Assembly (NCBI RefSeq): GCF_032444005.1
Contig: NC_091283.1
Span: forward strand, 187,674,001 to 187,738,000
Direction: 5' to 3'
DNA length: 64,000 bases
Origin: Ranitomeya imitator
Taxonomy: Eukaryota
The translations under genes and the position numbers were made by a program. Of the stretch, positions 62,994 to 64,000 are shown one piece after another (the stretch's first letter is position 1; each line of letters starts with the position of its first letter). The notes below the pieces were generated by a model, which searched no databases, was not told where the DNA came from, and saw only the letters and a program-made list of their open reading frames with translations.

Positions 62994-64000
62994 CAGGGCC
63001 GCCATCAGGGCATTACAGCCGTGACTGGCGTATGGGGCCCGGTGAGCAGGCTGCGGCAGCAGCGGCAGGCTGAACCGGGCCCTTAGCGGCGGCCGGCGCT
63101 ACAGCTGTTTAACACTATTGACGTGCGGGCCCGCGCCCGCATGTCAATAGTTAACAGCCGCAGTGTGCAGGTCGCCGGCGAGTGCACGTGCAGCTGCGTG
63201 GAGAGAGCAGGAGCGCGGCAGGTAAGCAGAACTTTTTTTTATTTTTCTATTGAGAGCGGCGATCCGGGGGAGGGGGGGGGGGCCCCAGGGCAGTAAAGCT
63301 GGACACAGAGGGGGCAGAAAGCTGGACACAGGGGGGGGGGAGCAGAAAGCTGGACACGGGGGGGGCAGAAAGCTGGACACGGGGGGAGGGGCAGAAAGCT
63401 GGACACGGGGGGAGGGGCAGAAAGCTGGACACGGGGGGGGGGCAGAAAGCTGGACAGGAGGGGGCAGAAAGCTGGACACGGGGGGGGCAGTAAGCTGGAC
63501 ACGGGGGGGGCAGAAAGCTGGACACGGGGGGGGCAGAAAGCTGGACACGGGGGGGGGGCAGAAAGCTGGACACGGGGGGGCAGAAAGCTGGACACGGGGG
63601 GCAGAAAGCTGGACACGGGGGGGCAGAAAGCTGGACACGGGGGGGGCAGAAAGCTGGACACGGGGGGGGCAGAAAGCTGGACACGGGGGGGCGGAAAGCT
63701 GGACATGGGGGGGCGGAAAGCTGGACACGGGGGGGGCAGAAAGCTGGACACAGTGGGGGCAGAAAGCTGGACACGGGGGGGGGGCGCAGAAAGTTAGACA
63801 CGGGGGGGGGGGCAGAAAGCTGGACACAGATGGGGCAGAGTGCTGGACACAGATGGGGCAGAGTGCTGGACACAGATGGGGCAGAGTGCTGGACACAGAT
63901 GGGGCAGAGTGCTGGACACAGATGGGGCAGGATTGGACACAGATGGGGCAGAGTGCTGGACACTGATGGGGCAGAGTGCTGGACACAGATGAGGCAGGAC
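62994..64000. mobile_element. Probable hAT-type non-autonomous element with internal ~22-bp G-rich minisatellite (63290 to window end)
   Basis: Starts CAGGGCCGCCATCAGG. Internal palindrome at ~63110-63155. Array of GGGGGGCAGAAAGCTGGACACG. The right end lies outside the window. Confidence 0.55.

Noticed and set aside
63144-63986. Pro/Cys-rich and Gly-rich ORFs of 170-280 aa
   Set aside because: These are translations of the ~22-bp G-rich minisatellite.

Overview
Vertebrate genomic DNA, almost certainly from an anuran amphibian (inferred from its repeat families and genes), with a 148-N assembly gap at 44929-45076. Four spliced genes could be reconstructed by hand, all on the minus strand with GT-AG junctions and continuous frames: two tandem ficolins (24451-36177, 305 aa; 39317-45139, about 302 aa, end of exon 1 lost in the gap), hsd17b10 (50748-56409, 260 aa) and ribc1 (58285-61153, 379 aa). 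The rest is largely transposon-derived: L2 LINEs, a V-SINE, several Tc1 elements, a chromodomain Gypsy (Tf1/sushi-type) provirus with a self-priming signature, solo LTRs, Harbinger and T2/Kolobok MITEs, a non-autonomous Helitron, and large minisatellites. Best leads: (1) two type I hammerhead ribozyme motifs, one textbook (3291-3377) and one in sense orientation about 340 nt past the ficolin B stop codon and upstream of its first canonical poly(A) signal; (2) a solo LTR inserted exactly in a ficolin splice donor, which it regenerates; (3) ficolin paralogs that differ at the acetyl-binding pocket; (4) a 750-bp fold-back insertion with a 14-bp target duplication in hsd17b10 intron 1; (5) ribc1 lying between two collinear L2 pieces. 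All calls were made by eye, without database searches.
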